Shown here: in pieces, positions 47,016-55,085 of the stretch
Layout: each line of letters opens with the position of its first letter
How positions within the stretch are numbered: position 1 is the first letter of the stretch
IMG/VR virus record: IMGVR_UViG_3300013947_000027
Coordinates: 1 to 64,000 of that record
DNA from: a virus
Lineage: Duplodnaviria > Caudoviricetes
Length of the DNA stretch: 64,000 nt
Reading direction: 5' to 3' (one strand)
The notes under the pieces: generated by a model
What the model was told of the DNA's origin: nothing
Database searches by the model: none
The model's input: the letters and a program-made list of their open reading frames with translations, nothing else
Program-made: the position numbers and the translations under genes

Positions 47016-47774
47016 CTAGTATTCGAGGTAGCCTATGACTGGTTCCATTGGAAAATGAATAATCGTGCATTCTAATCCTTGACTTTCTTCAGATTCCTCG
47101 TCAATGACTATCTCCTCGTAGTCAAATTCGATCCATGGATGCCAGTACATTTCCTCGATCTGACCGCAAGCCCATCCTACATTTTCATACTCTGGCTTCT
47201 GCTCCAAACCAAGAAGTTCGTAATATTCGTTGAGACAAACAGCGCCATTAACGTACATAGCTCTATTAGCCTCATACTGAGCCCACATGACAGTCTCTTT
47301 GGTTGATTCGAAGTATCTTCCTGAATAGAAATCGTAGAATAGTTCTTTGTTATTGTCAGATAAATCTACGTCACCCGCATACTTGTCTTTAGCGATCTCG
47401 CCACGAATGTTCTTGCCAGCTTCTTCTCCATACAATTCGTCCGTTTTCTTCTTATACTCCTTATAAGAATTGTCAAGTAACGCATACGCACTCATAAGAG
47501 ACGCCTGCTGACGTTTACTAATAACGTTAGATCCGAATATGCACACAATTGTAGCAGCTCCAGTAATTATAGATGGGATGTAAACTGGGCCGGCTATTTT
47601 GATTTTTTCCCATTTGGTTAATTCTTCTCCTTTCTTCTCTTTTGCATCTTCAAGTAACGATAATGCTTTCGGTGTTTCTTTGGCTACCATAACTGCTGTA
47701 GTTACTACTCCAGTTGCACCTATACAAGTTAATATTGTAGATGCGTTACGTTTAATGAATTGTTGTAAATCCAT
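47016..47774 (-). CDS. DUF6353-like membrane-anchored protein, paralogue 3
   Basis: NASTILT..G..TPKA..YIP..LNEYY..GW; start revised to MDLQQF. Confidence 0.7.
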   Translation of the reverse strand: MDLQQFIKRNASTILTCIGATGVVTTAVMVAKETPKALSLLEDAKEKKGEELTKWEKIKIAGPVYIPSIITGAATIVCIFGSNVISKRQQASLMSAYALLDNSYKEYKKKTDELYGEEAGKNIRGEIAKDKYAGDVDLSDNNKELFYDFYSGRYFESTKETVMWAQYEANRAMYVNGAVCLNEYYELLGLEQKPEYENVGWACGQIEEMYWHPWIEFDYEEIVIDEESEESQGLECTIIHFPMEPVIGYLEY

Positions 47775-47812
47775 TTCTTTCCACTCCTCGGGTTTAGGGT
47801 ATGTGTCAAAAA

Positions 47813-48006
47813 TAAAAGAGAGAATCAATCATTCCACTCGAAGGACGCCGATATTTCCCTCAGGCTCATGGTCAATCTTTCGATTGAGCTCATCTTTTCA
47901 GATCTAGCCTCGTTCATAATCTTTCGATTATTATCTCCTTCCCGATGCGGTACCAATGATTGTTGGCCCTCCAACTTCACTGCCCTTTCGAGTGTTATAT
48001 TCTCTC
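47813..48006 (-). ncRNA. About 190-nt highly structured RNA E (three GAAA tetraloops, possible pseudoknot)
   Basis: GAGAGAAT/ATTCTCTC; CACTCGA/TCGAGTG; AGGGC/GTCCT; ATAATC-GAAA-GATTAT; ATCT-GAAA-AGAT; TCAATC-GAAA-GATTGA; AGGCT/AGCCT; motif 48027. Confidence 0.8.
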
Positions 48007-48068
48007 ATATTAGGGCCTGTAAATTTCGCGAACCGTTGATTAGGCGAAAATAAAAAAGAAGGAGCTCA

Positions 48069-48257
48069 TTACTGAGCTTCCTCCTTCTCGTCAGAACTTG
48101 CAATGAGGTTCTCCATCTTCTTACTGTTGTACTTGAACCATGCAACTTCTGCGCCGACGATGGCCGCATTCAACAGGATCGCACCTTTCCAATGCTTCTT
48201 GTAGAATCGGCCAGTCTCCTTACAGAGTTCACCATAGTCCTTCCAAAACTGTTTCAT
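48069..48257 (-). CDS. Small membrane protein (cassette payload)
   Basis: Motif 48305, AAGGAGG RBS. Confidence 0.7.
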   Translation of the reverse strand: MKQFWKDYGELCKETGRFYKKHWKGAILLNAAIVGAEVAWFKYNSKKMENLIASSDEKEEAQ

Positions 48258-48343
48258 TTTGAATTCCTCCTTTAATATTCTTCCATAATAGGAGCTGTAA
48301 ATCTCGCGAAAAAAATAAAGAGAAGGAGTCCCTGTTATAGGAC

Positions 48344-48517
48344 TCACTTCTTCTTTCTAAGTCGCTTGACAATCGTAATGATCAGCCACACGATTAAGCC
48401 GAATACGATAAAGTCGCCAAACACGATGATAAACCAGTTTCCTGCTGCAATAGAAGCAAACAAGCCAACCACCGCAACGGCGATTAACGCAACGAGCAAA
48501 ATAATAAATGTGATCAT
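48344..48517 (-). CDS. 57-aa two-TM micropeptide (cassette payload)
   Basis: MITFIILLVALIAVAVVGLF...KRLRKKK; motif 48556. Confidence 0.75.
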   Translation of the reverse strand: MITFIILLVALIAVAVVGLFASIAAGNWFIIVFGDFIVFGLIVWLIITIVKRLRKKK

Positions 48518-48563
48518 TATTAATCAACTCCTTCCATAATAGGAGCTGTTAATGTCGCGAATT

Positions 48564-48923
48564 TTATATAAGCCGTCTATCAAAAGATGTTTCCCAGCGT
48601 TCTTTTGGCAATGGTTTCATCTTAAGACCCCACATAATTTGCCTAATAGAGACCGTAGGATATAAGTTGTCAATACATTCTCCAGCACGTTCGTTAAAAA
48701 ACTCCTCAAACCTGTTATGTAAATACAAGTCGTCAACTAACCACGGATCTATGTCCGTCCAATACGTCGATTTAGTCTCTTCGTCATATCTTTGCTGGAT
48801 TACTGCAAGACCTTTCTCGTTTATTTTGAATAACGTGCATGTATTATACACAGAATGATCACAAATATATGTGTCGCCATATATAGTTGAATAGATTTCA
48901 GGTTTCTTGTAGTGGTATCTCAC
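48564..48923 (-). CDS. Hypothetical protein
   Basis: AAAGGAG RBS, GTG start. Confidence 0.6.
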   Translation of the reverse strand: MRYHYKKPEIYSTIYGDTYICDHSVYNTCTLFKINEKGLAVIQQRYDEETKSTYWTDIDPWLVDDLYLHNRFEEFFNERAGECIDNLYPTVSIRQIMWGLKMKPLPKERWETSFDRRLI

Positions 48924-48972
48924 ACTAGAGGGCTCCTTTCTGGAAAAATAGAAGGGGCCGAAGCCCCCGCTA

Positions 48973-49038
48973 TTACTTAGAACTCTTGCCGATCAAAAAT
49001 ACTCCGACCAACACTAATGTGATTCCAATCCACAGCAT
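48973..49038 (-). CDS. 21-aa single-TM micropeptide (cassette payload)
   Basis: AAGGAGG RBS; MLWIGITLVLVGVFLIGKSSK; motif 49092; GGGGC-TTCG-GCCCC terminator. Confidence 0.7.
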   Translation of the reverse strand: MLWIGITLVLVGVFLIGKSSK

Positions 49039-49107
49039 TATATCATCCTCCTTGATTCTACATTCCGTTCCATAATAGGGCCTGTGAATCTCGCGAAATG
49101 CAAAATT

Positions 49108-49250
49108 AAAAGAAAGAGAGGCGGCTCACCTGTTAACCATTAAGTCACTCCGTACCTCGATAGCCGTCAGCTAAACCTTCAAGGGTGACACCTTATTTCA
49201 ACGTCGCCGTTTGCACATTTATAACGGTTGTTTCCGTAACGTCTCTTTCT
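49108..49250 (-). ncRNA. About 140-nt small RNA F
   Basis: 9-bp closing stem AGAAAGAGA/TCTCTTTCT plus U-tract; ACGG-AAACAA-CCGT; GTCAC/GTGAC; variant motif 49271; no RBS-led ORF. Confidence 0.6.
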
Positions 49251-49335
49251 ATAATAGGGGCTGCTAATATCGTGAATTGAATGCTCGGAGCAAAAAAGAA
49301 GAGGCCATGTTTCCACAGCCTCTGTCTTTCGTACG

Positions 49336-49695
49336 TCAGTTCCTACTTCTAAAGTTGAATAACTTATCCATGAACTTCCGTCCCACAGTCGTGGTAACCG
49401 TGTTCTCATCCTCGAAGTACAAACTTGCCTTCACGCCCCACAAGGTTACGCCGAGCGGCAGAACAATCGCACCAACGTCGATAAGATTCCTAATCAACCG
49501 AGCCTTGCGTTCCTCTTTCATCTGTTTCTCGTTCTGAGATTCAGACGATTCGAGTTTCTCAATCTCGATTGCTCGATCCATCAACTTAGTGACACTGTTC
49601 ACCACAGCTTCGTATTCCTTACTGGTAGGATCCAGCTCGTTTGCAGCATCAAGTCTTTCCTCGATTTCCATCTGCAGCTTCGTAGTCATACTCAT
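49336..49695 (-). CDS. Coiled-coil plus TM protein (cassette payload)
   Basis: Motif 49756, RBS. Confidence 0.7.
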   Translation of the reverse strand: MSMTTKLQMEIEERLDAANELDPTSKEYEAVVNSVTKLMDRAIEIEKLESSESQNEKQMKEERKARLIRNLIDVGAIVLPLGVTLWGVKASLYFEDENTVTTTVGRKFMDKLFNFRSRN

Positions 49696-49748
49696 ATCGA
49701 TTCACTCCTTTAATTTCGTCGAACTTATACGTCCCATAATAGAGCCTG

Positions 49749-50006
49749 TTAATCGCGCGAAAGATAGTTCTTATCCACAACTTTGAGCATAACAACATTC
49801 TTCTTAGAAATAGAATCAATTGTAGCTCCTTGAAGTTCCAAGAACGGTCTCGGCGGCTCGTCGGGTTCTGAGCGATCAATTCTGAGATAGCCAACTGATT
49901 GTTCCTCGACTGTTTTCCTCATTCGTCCCATGCTAATAAAGATACCGACGAATACTCCGATGATTGCTCCGACCAGCAGAGCGATTCCAATTGCCAAATA
50001 CTCCAT
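49749..50006 (-). CDS. Membrane-anchored small protein
   Basis: N-terminal TM; G.LRID.S. Confidence 0.65.
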   Translation of the reverse strand: MEYLAIGIALLVGAIIGVFVGIFISMGRMRKTVEEQSVGYLRIDRSEPDEPPRPFLELQGATIDSISKKNVVMLKVVDKNYLSRD

Positions 50007-50224
50007 ACTTTCTCCTTTCGAAAATTGAAATGTTTTTCAAAAATTCCTTGGCGGGAAATTTTCGCCTTATAAAAGTAGCATTGTTTTCCGTAACCTACAT
50101 TCGGATTTTCTAAGCTAGAATAAAAGCGTCTAATCTAGGTTAGACGAGCAAAGAGAAGAAAAAACTAAAAGACCTTGATGTAATCTCAATCTTTTAGTCT
50201 ATTTTGTGTTTGCGTGCATTTGCA

Positions 50225-50344
50225 TTAGCCGATATGTACGTCATTAGTTTCATCCTCCATTTTCTTCAGCTCTTCCTTTTTGGTGAGCTTTTCAACGAAA
50301 GATAAACCAACATATATCGTAGCTAAAAAAGCAATATACATCAT
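50225..50344 (-). CDS. 39-aa micropeptide (cassette payload)
   Basis: MMYIAFLATIYVGLSFVEK...; motif 50388. Confidence 0.6.
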   Translation of the reverse strand: MMYIAFLATIYVGLSFVEKLTKKEELKKMEDETNDVHIG

Positions 50345-50466
50345 AGTAAACACACTCCTTTCTTCTCATAATATGGAGTGTTAATTTCGCGAATTGTAAC
50401 TAAAAAAGAAAAGGGAATCTGTTAAGACTCCCTAATCTTTGGTTAGTGGTTGAATTTATGCTAATT

Positions 50467-50547
50467 TTAGAAAATGAATTCGATCGACTGGACACAGCCG
50501 TATTCGTCAACAGTGGTAATCTGTTCCGGATAGCTAATGCTAGTCAT
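50467..50547 (-). CDS. 26-aa micropeptide (cassette payload)
   Basis: GGAGGAG RBS; MTSISYPEQITTVDEYGCVQSIEFIF; motif 50622; terminator at about 50402-50432. Confidence 0.6.
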   Translation of the reverse strand: MTSISYPEQITTVDEYGCVQSIEFIF

Positions 50548-50633
50548 AGTTAACTCCTCCATATGTAAAATTTAGTTTTTAAATTCCAACCATTTCTTCC
50601 CATAATATGGAGTGTTAATTTCGCGAATTCAGC

Positions 50634-50852
50634 TTAATTAATTCTAGGTTTCTTTCTGTCGCAATAGAATACAGATTCTATTTTAGTCTTTCCTACAAAA
50701 TATCTATAATCGAAATCGTACTTAGCAGGATTGAAAGTCCATATTCTTTCACGGCTACCGTCCTCATATATTACGACAATCTCTGCTGTGTCGAATCGTT
50801 TATTATTTATAAAACATTTTGAAACAATGTCATATAATTTAGGATCCATCAA
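50634..50852 (-). CDS. Hypothetical protein
   Basis: Coupled to the upstream gene. Confidence 0.55.
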   Translation of the reverse strand: MMDPKLYDIVSKCFINNKRFDTAEIVVIYEDGSRERIWTFNPAKYDFDYRYFVGKTKIESVFYCDRKKPRIN

Positions 50853-51283
50853 ATATTCCGCTCCCTTGTTTCATTTAGCAGCCAAAAGAACCTTCTGTAT
50901 CTGTCATAGTACATGTCTTTTCCGCAAGGTATTCCCATTGCAGTTCTTAAATAAATGTAAGACCGTTCCTCTGTCACTCCTTTTACAATATAGTCGTGCA
51001 AGTATGGGTCTGCCTCAAGCGCAGTCTTTTCAATTAACTTAATGCGATCTGAATAAAATACTTTCATCATAGCTCTTTGAGCGATTGGATCACTATCGTT
51101 AGGGAAATTATTTGTAGGCGTTGCGTCAACCATTGACAGTGGTGGATTCTCATTGGAAAGATCCGAGTAAATCTTTTTCCATTCGGGGTATTGTAAGCAG
51201 AAGTGCTTTAATTCGTAATATCGGTGCTTGCTGATCCAGTATTTGTTCTTTGGCGAAATTTCAGCTCTTATCACAGTTGCCAT
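50849..51283 (-). CDS. ArpU/RinA-like transcriptional regulator
   Basis: ISKHRYYELKHFCLQY..C-terminal HTH-like YYDRYRRFFWLL. Confidence 0.6.
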   Translation of the reverse strand: MATVIRAEISPKNKYWISKHRYYELKHFCLQYPEWKKIYSDLSNENPPLSMVDATPTNNFPNDSDPIAQRAMMKVFYSDRIKLIEKTALEADPYLHDYIVKGVTEERSYIYLRTAMGIPCGKDMYYDRYRRFFWLLNETRERNI

Positions 51284-51440
51284 TTTGACTTTTCTCCTTC
51301 GTTTTATTCTTTCTACATTTCTCTGCTTTCTTTAAGAAAATAATAGTGGCTTCTTCAATCTTTGTTCGATCAACTTCGCCACGTATTCGAACAATCGCAT
51401 TCTCATATCTGTATTCTTCTATAAATGTCACCCTCTAAAG

Positions 51441-51792
51441 TTGCATTCAACGCAATGGCTAAAATAAGAAAATCTCAAGTGCTTCTTCATCTGTAAGTTC
51501 AAGTACGTCTTTCATCTGAATCGCTTCTCCGATTGTTATCTTTAGTGGAGCTCGGAGCTTACGATATAACGTTGGACCAGTCATCCCAATAATTTCAGCT
51601 AACTGCTCCACATTCATTTCTCGTTCAACGATTTTTGCTTTAAGTTTGTTCATGTTCATTTATGTCACCTCTTTCCGTTGCGTTCCGTGCAACACATACA
51701 AGATAGCATCGTTTTACTTTTTATGTCAATATTTTTTTGCGTAAAATGCAACGTGTTTTATTCTCAGTTTTAAATAATTTGCATACTTGCAA
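51441..51792. promoter_or_regulatory. Immunity switch: TTGC-N7-GCAA operators and divergent sigmaA-type promoters
   Basis: Operators at 51441, 51678, 51737 (N7) and 51779 (N6); minus-strand TTGACA-N18-TATCTT (51729-51700); plus-strand TGnTATACT near 51799-51807. Confidence 0.7.
51459..51659 (-). CDS. Cro-like HTH repressor
   Basis: KLKAKIVE..VEQLAEIIGM..TLYRKL; divergent from cI. Confidence 0.85.
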   Translation of the reverse strand: MNMNKLKAKIVEREMNVEQLAEIIGMTGPTLYRKLRAPLKITIGEAIQMKDVLELTDEEALEIFLF

Positions 51793-51827
51793 TTCTTAGT
51801 GTTATACTATCAACTGAAAGAAAGGAA

Positions 51828-52394
51828 GTGCATGATATGAACATAGGAAATCGAATAAAAGAAAGAAGAAAAGAACTAAATATGTCAGTTGAGGAATTAG
51901 CTAAAAGACTGAATAAAAATCGAACAACCGTTTATCGCTATGAGAAAGGAGATATAGAAAACCTTCCAATCGACATTCTTGATCCACTAGCAAAAGCATT
52001 AGAGACAACTCCGGCGTACTTAATGGGTTGGGATAATAAGCCAAATAAAGACACTGCTACAATTGGCGAGTTGCTTAAGATGATGAGAACTAATCGAAAC
52101 ATGACTATCGAGGAATATTCACGAGAGATAGGTATATCTGCTGAGGATTTACGTATGTATGAATCCGGAGAAAAATACATACCTCTTTCTGTAATCCACA
52201 CAATTGCGGAATACTATCGTCTTTCACTGGAGAGTGTCAGAGTAGGTAACCCTGAGGTTAATAAAGAAGGAAATATTCGCCTCGAACGCTTTAAGACTTG
52301 GGCTGAAAATTTTGGTGACCTGGAACTTACTGATGAGGAGCATGACAAGATTGTTGAGTACACGAAATTCCTAATCTACATAAGAGAAAAATAA
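51828..52394 (+). CDS. CI-like immunity repressor with two XRE HTH domains
   Basis: IGNRIKERRKEL.MS.EELA..YRYEKG; second HTH IGELLK..YESG. Confidence 0.88.
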   Translation: MHDMNIGNRIKERRKELNMSVEELAKRLNKNRTTVYRYEKGDIENLPIDILDPLAKALETTPAYLMGWDNKPNKDTATIGELLKMMRTNRNMTIEEYSREIGISAEDLRMYESGEKYIPLSVIHTIAEYYRLSLESVRVGNPEVNKEGNIRLERFKTWAENFGDLELTDEEHDKIVEYTKFLIYIREK

Positions 52395-52521
52395 AAGAGA
52401 ATGTGTAGTCTTGTACAGTTCATTTCCTGTCCGAGAGTCGCTCGGTCTTATTTCTTATATGACGGCATCTCAGCCGACGGGACTTTCACCCGTAACTCAT
52501 TACTGCTACTTCATTTTCTCC
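52393..52521 (-). ncRNA. Structured small RNA G, antisense in the cI-integrase intergenic region
   Basis: Imperfect closing stem; ACGGG-TGAAAGT-CCCGT; CGGC-TGAGAT-GCCG; CCGAG-N5-CTCGG; ACAG-N8-CTGT; U-tract; motif 52542. Confidence 0.7.
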
Positions 52522-52610
52522 ATAATAGAAGCTGTTATTTACGCGAAGGGAGGTGATGCCTATGTAATCACAGCGCCGCAACGAGAGTAAACTAACAGGA
52601 GGAATAGAAA

Positions 52611-54191
52611 GTGACAATATTCGAAAAGAACGGGATAATCGATAACTCTATGCCTACCCGCATGGATAAATATGTGATTTATTTGCGCAAATCTCGTGCA
52701 GATGTAGAAGCCGAGAAACTAGGCGAAGGAGAAACCTTAGCTCGGCATAAAAAGATACTTACAGAGCTTGCTGCAAGAAAAGGCTTGTATATCGAGAAAA
52801 TATACGAAGAAATTGTCTCTGGGGAAACCATCGAGGCTAGACCTGAGATCCAGAAGATGATCAAAGAATGCTATGAGGGCAAATATAAAGGAATAATTAT
52901 TGTCGAGGTAACTCGTCTGTCTCGTGGTAACCAGGGTGATGCTCAGACTATTCTAGATTGCTTGAAATATTCGAATCGTAATAATGGGGTGTTAGTAATC
53001 ACACCGACTAAAACATACGACGTTGCTCACTCTCAAGAAGATGAAGAATACATGGAGTTTGAATTGTTTATGTCTCGTAGAGAATATAAGATGATTCAGA
53101 AGCGTATGGATCGTGGTCGTAAGCAAGCAGTTGTAGAAGGAAATTTTATGGGAAGCTACAGACCATATGGATATGATATTGTCAAAACTAAAACAAGCAG
53201 AACACTTATACCCAATGAAAATGAAGCACCGATTGTTAAACAAATGTTTGACTGGTCTGCTAATGAAAATTTGACACCATATAAGATTGCTCAGCGATTA
53301 GAGAATATGGGTATTCCTACTTATTATGGAGATGGCGAATGGTCGAAAGATACTGTTAAAACTATTTTGACGAATCCTACGTATATGGGGAAAGTTAAGT
53401 GGAACGATCGTATGCAAATCAAAACTATGGTTGACGGAGAGCTTGTAACATCAAGACCTCGATCGAATCATACTGATCACTACATGGAATATGATGGTAA
53501 ACATAAGAAGTATGCACTAATAGACGAAGAGACTTTTAATAAAGTAAGATCTCGATTCGGAGTTGATAGAACAAAGTCAGGGCTTAAGTTAACAAATATA
53601 TTGGCTGGAATATTCAGGTGCAAAAACTGTGGACGTGCAATGGGCTATCAATCATATAAACAACGTAAAACGCCAACTGCTCCAAGATACTTACATGCCG
53701 AGTCTCAAAAATGTAAAGTGAAATCAGTTGTAGCCGATGATGTTTATAAAGCTCTGATTCATGCTCTTAAAATGTATATAGAAGACTTCGAGGTTAAACT
53801 TGACAATCTTCCAGAGACAAATGAAAATGAAATAGATAAGCAGATAGAGATATTGAATCGAGAGACAGCTAAAATAAAAAGGAAGCTATCTAAACTCTTT
53901 GATTCCTGGGAGGATGAGGCTATTACAGACAACGAATTTGTCGAACGTAAAGCAGTGCATAATAATCGTATTGAGAAAATTAAGCAACAGATTGAAGATT
54001 TGGAATACTCAATTCCAGAAAAAGAAGAATATCAAGAAAAGATCATTCTTCTATCTGAAGCTCTTAAAGCTATCAGAGACGACTCATTGGATGCTGATAT
54101 CAAGAACGAGTATCTTAAGAGAATCATTGATACAATAGAGTTTAGTAGAGAAAATAACTCGGAATTTATACTTGATATAACCCTACACTAA
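52611..54191 (+). CDS. Large serine recombinase (integrase)
   Basis: YLRKS catalytic motif; RLSRG; PYGY; TNPTYMG; Zn-ribbon C..C; coiled coil. Confidence 0.93.
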   Translation: MTIFEKNGIIDNSMPTRMDKYVIYLRKSRADVEAEKLGEGETLARHKKILTELAARKGLYIEKIYEEIVSGETIEARPEIQKMIKECYEGKYKGIIIVEVTRLSRGNQGDAQTILDCLKYSNRNNGVLVITPTKTYDVAHSQEDEEYMEFELFMSRREYKMIQKRMDRGRKQAVVEGNFMGSYRPYGYDIVKTKTSRTLIPNENEAPIVKQMFDWSANENLTPYKIAQRLENMGIPTYYGDGEWSKDTVKTILTNPTYMGKVKWNDRMQIKTMVDGELVTSRPRSNHTDHYMEYDGKHKKYALIDEETFNKVRSRFGVDRTKSGLKLTNILAGIFRCKNCGRAMGYQSYKQRKTPTAPRYLHAESQKCKVKSVVADDVYKALIHALKMYIEDFEVKLDNLPETNENEIDKQIEILNRETAKIKRKLSKLFDSWEDEAITDNEFVERKAVHNNRIEKIKQQIEDLEYSIPEKEEYQEKIILLSEALKAIRDDSLDADIKNEYLKRIIDTIEFSRENNSEFILDITLH

Positions 54192-54216
54192 AATTGTGTG
54201 GGATAATTTTTGCCTG

Positions 54217-54268
54217 TGATGTTCATCATGAGTGTGTTACTTTTATAGCGCACCCTTGATGCACATCA
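54217..54268. other. Candidate attP site
   Basis: 52-bp imperfect inverted repeat tgatgttcatca...tgatgcacatca, 25 bp after the integrase stop. Confidence 0.6.
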
Positions 54269-54292
54269 TGGGGTTAATAGGAGGAAATATAA

Positions 54293-54544
54293 ATGAGAAT
54301 TGTATGGAAAGATAGTTCGCCTCACACTAAACCTTGGATAACCCTACAGTACAGAGACCATGTTGTGAGCCAATACGGAAAAGGATGGATAACGAATGTA
54401 CCAGGAGATGACAACATTTACTTTCCTAGAGAATGCGCTCTAAACGCAATCGACGAAATGCTAGGCGGCAAGACTCGTAAAGCTAATTCAAAGAGACATG
54501 AGCTTGGAATAAAAATAATTGGGAGAAAGGACGATGCGTCATGA
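54293..54544 (+). CDS. Hypothetical protein, tandem paralogue A
   Basis: MRIVWKDS..GW..DDNIY..CA.NAIDE. Confidence 0.7.
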   Translation: MRIVWKDSSPHTKPWITLQYRDHVVSQYGKGWITNVPGDDNIYFPRECALNAIDEMLGGKTRKANSKRHELGIKIIGRKDDAS

Positions 54545-54798
54545 GAATAATTTGGAGAGATAGTTGCACACCTAGAGAATATGAACCAATCAAATACAGA
54601 AATATTTACATTTTTGGATCTCCTGACGGTTGGGAAGTAAATATAAAAGAAGATGATAATCTATATAAAAATCATTATTGCGCTAAAAATGCTATAGATG
54701 AATATTATGGAGATTTCGGTGAGCATGGTGATAAAAAGCGTAAGTCATATGGAATCCAAATCATAGGAGCAAAAGATAGCACGAGGATGAGTTTATGA
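54541..54798 (+). CDS. Hypothetical protein, tandem paralogue B
   Basis: MRIIWRDS..GW..DDNLY..CA.NAIDE. Confidence 0.7.
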   Translation: MRIIWRDSCTPREYEPIKYRNIYIFGSPDGWEVNIKEDDNLYKNHYCAKNAIDEYYGDFGEHGDKKRKSYGIQIIGAKDSTRMSL

Positions 54799-54917
54799 AT
54801 AAGAAACTAGAAAAGCAAATACAAGAATATTTGAAGCAAACGCAGTACTGCAAAACAAAGGAACGAATACTGAGACAAAAAGAAGAGGCCCTGTCGTAAT
54901 TGACAGAGCCTTTTCCT

Positions 54918-55085
54918 TTACTTCTTCGAAAACTTGGCCTCGATATTCTTCTTAGCTTTCTTTGCTGTCGTTACAACCGCATTGCGAGCTTCAGGCACGA
55001 GTGCGACTACCGTAACAATCGGCAGTACAATCTGCGTAAGCCATAAGCGAGCTTCCCGACTAGCTTCAATATGCTTATATATCAT
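54918..55085 (-). CDS. Small membrane protein (cassette payload)
   Basis: Motif 55122, AAGGAGG RBS, terminator at about 54877-54912. Confidence 0.7.
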   Translation of the reverse strand: MIYKHIEASREARLWLTQIVLPIVTVVALVPEARNAVVTTAKKAKKNIEAKFSKK

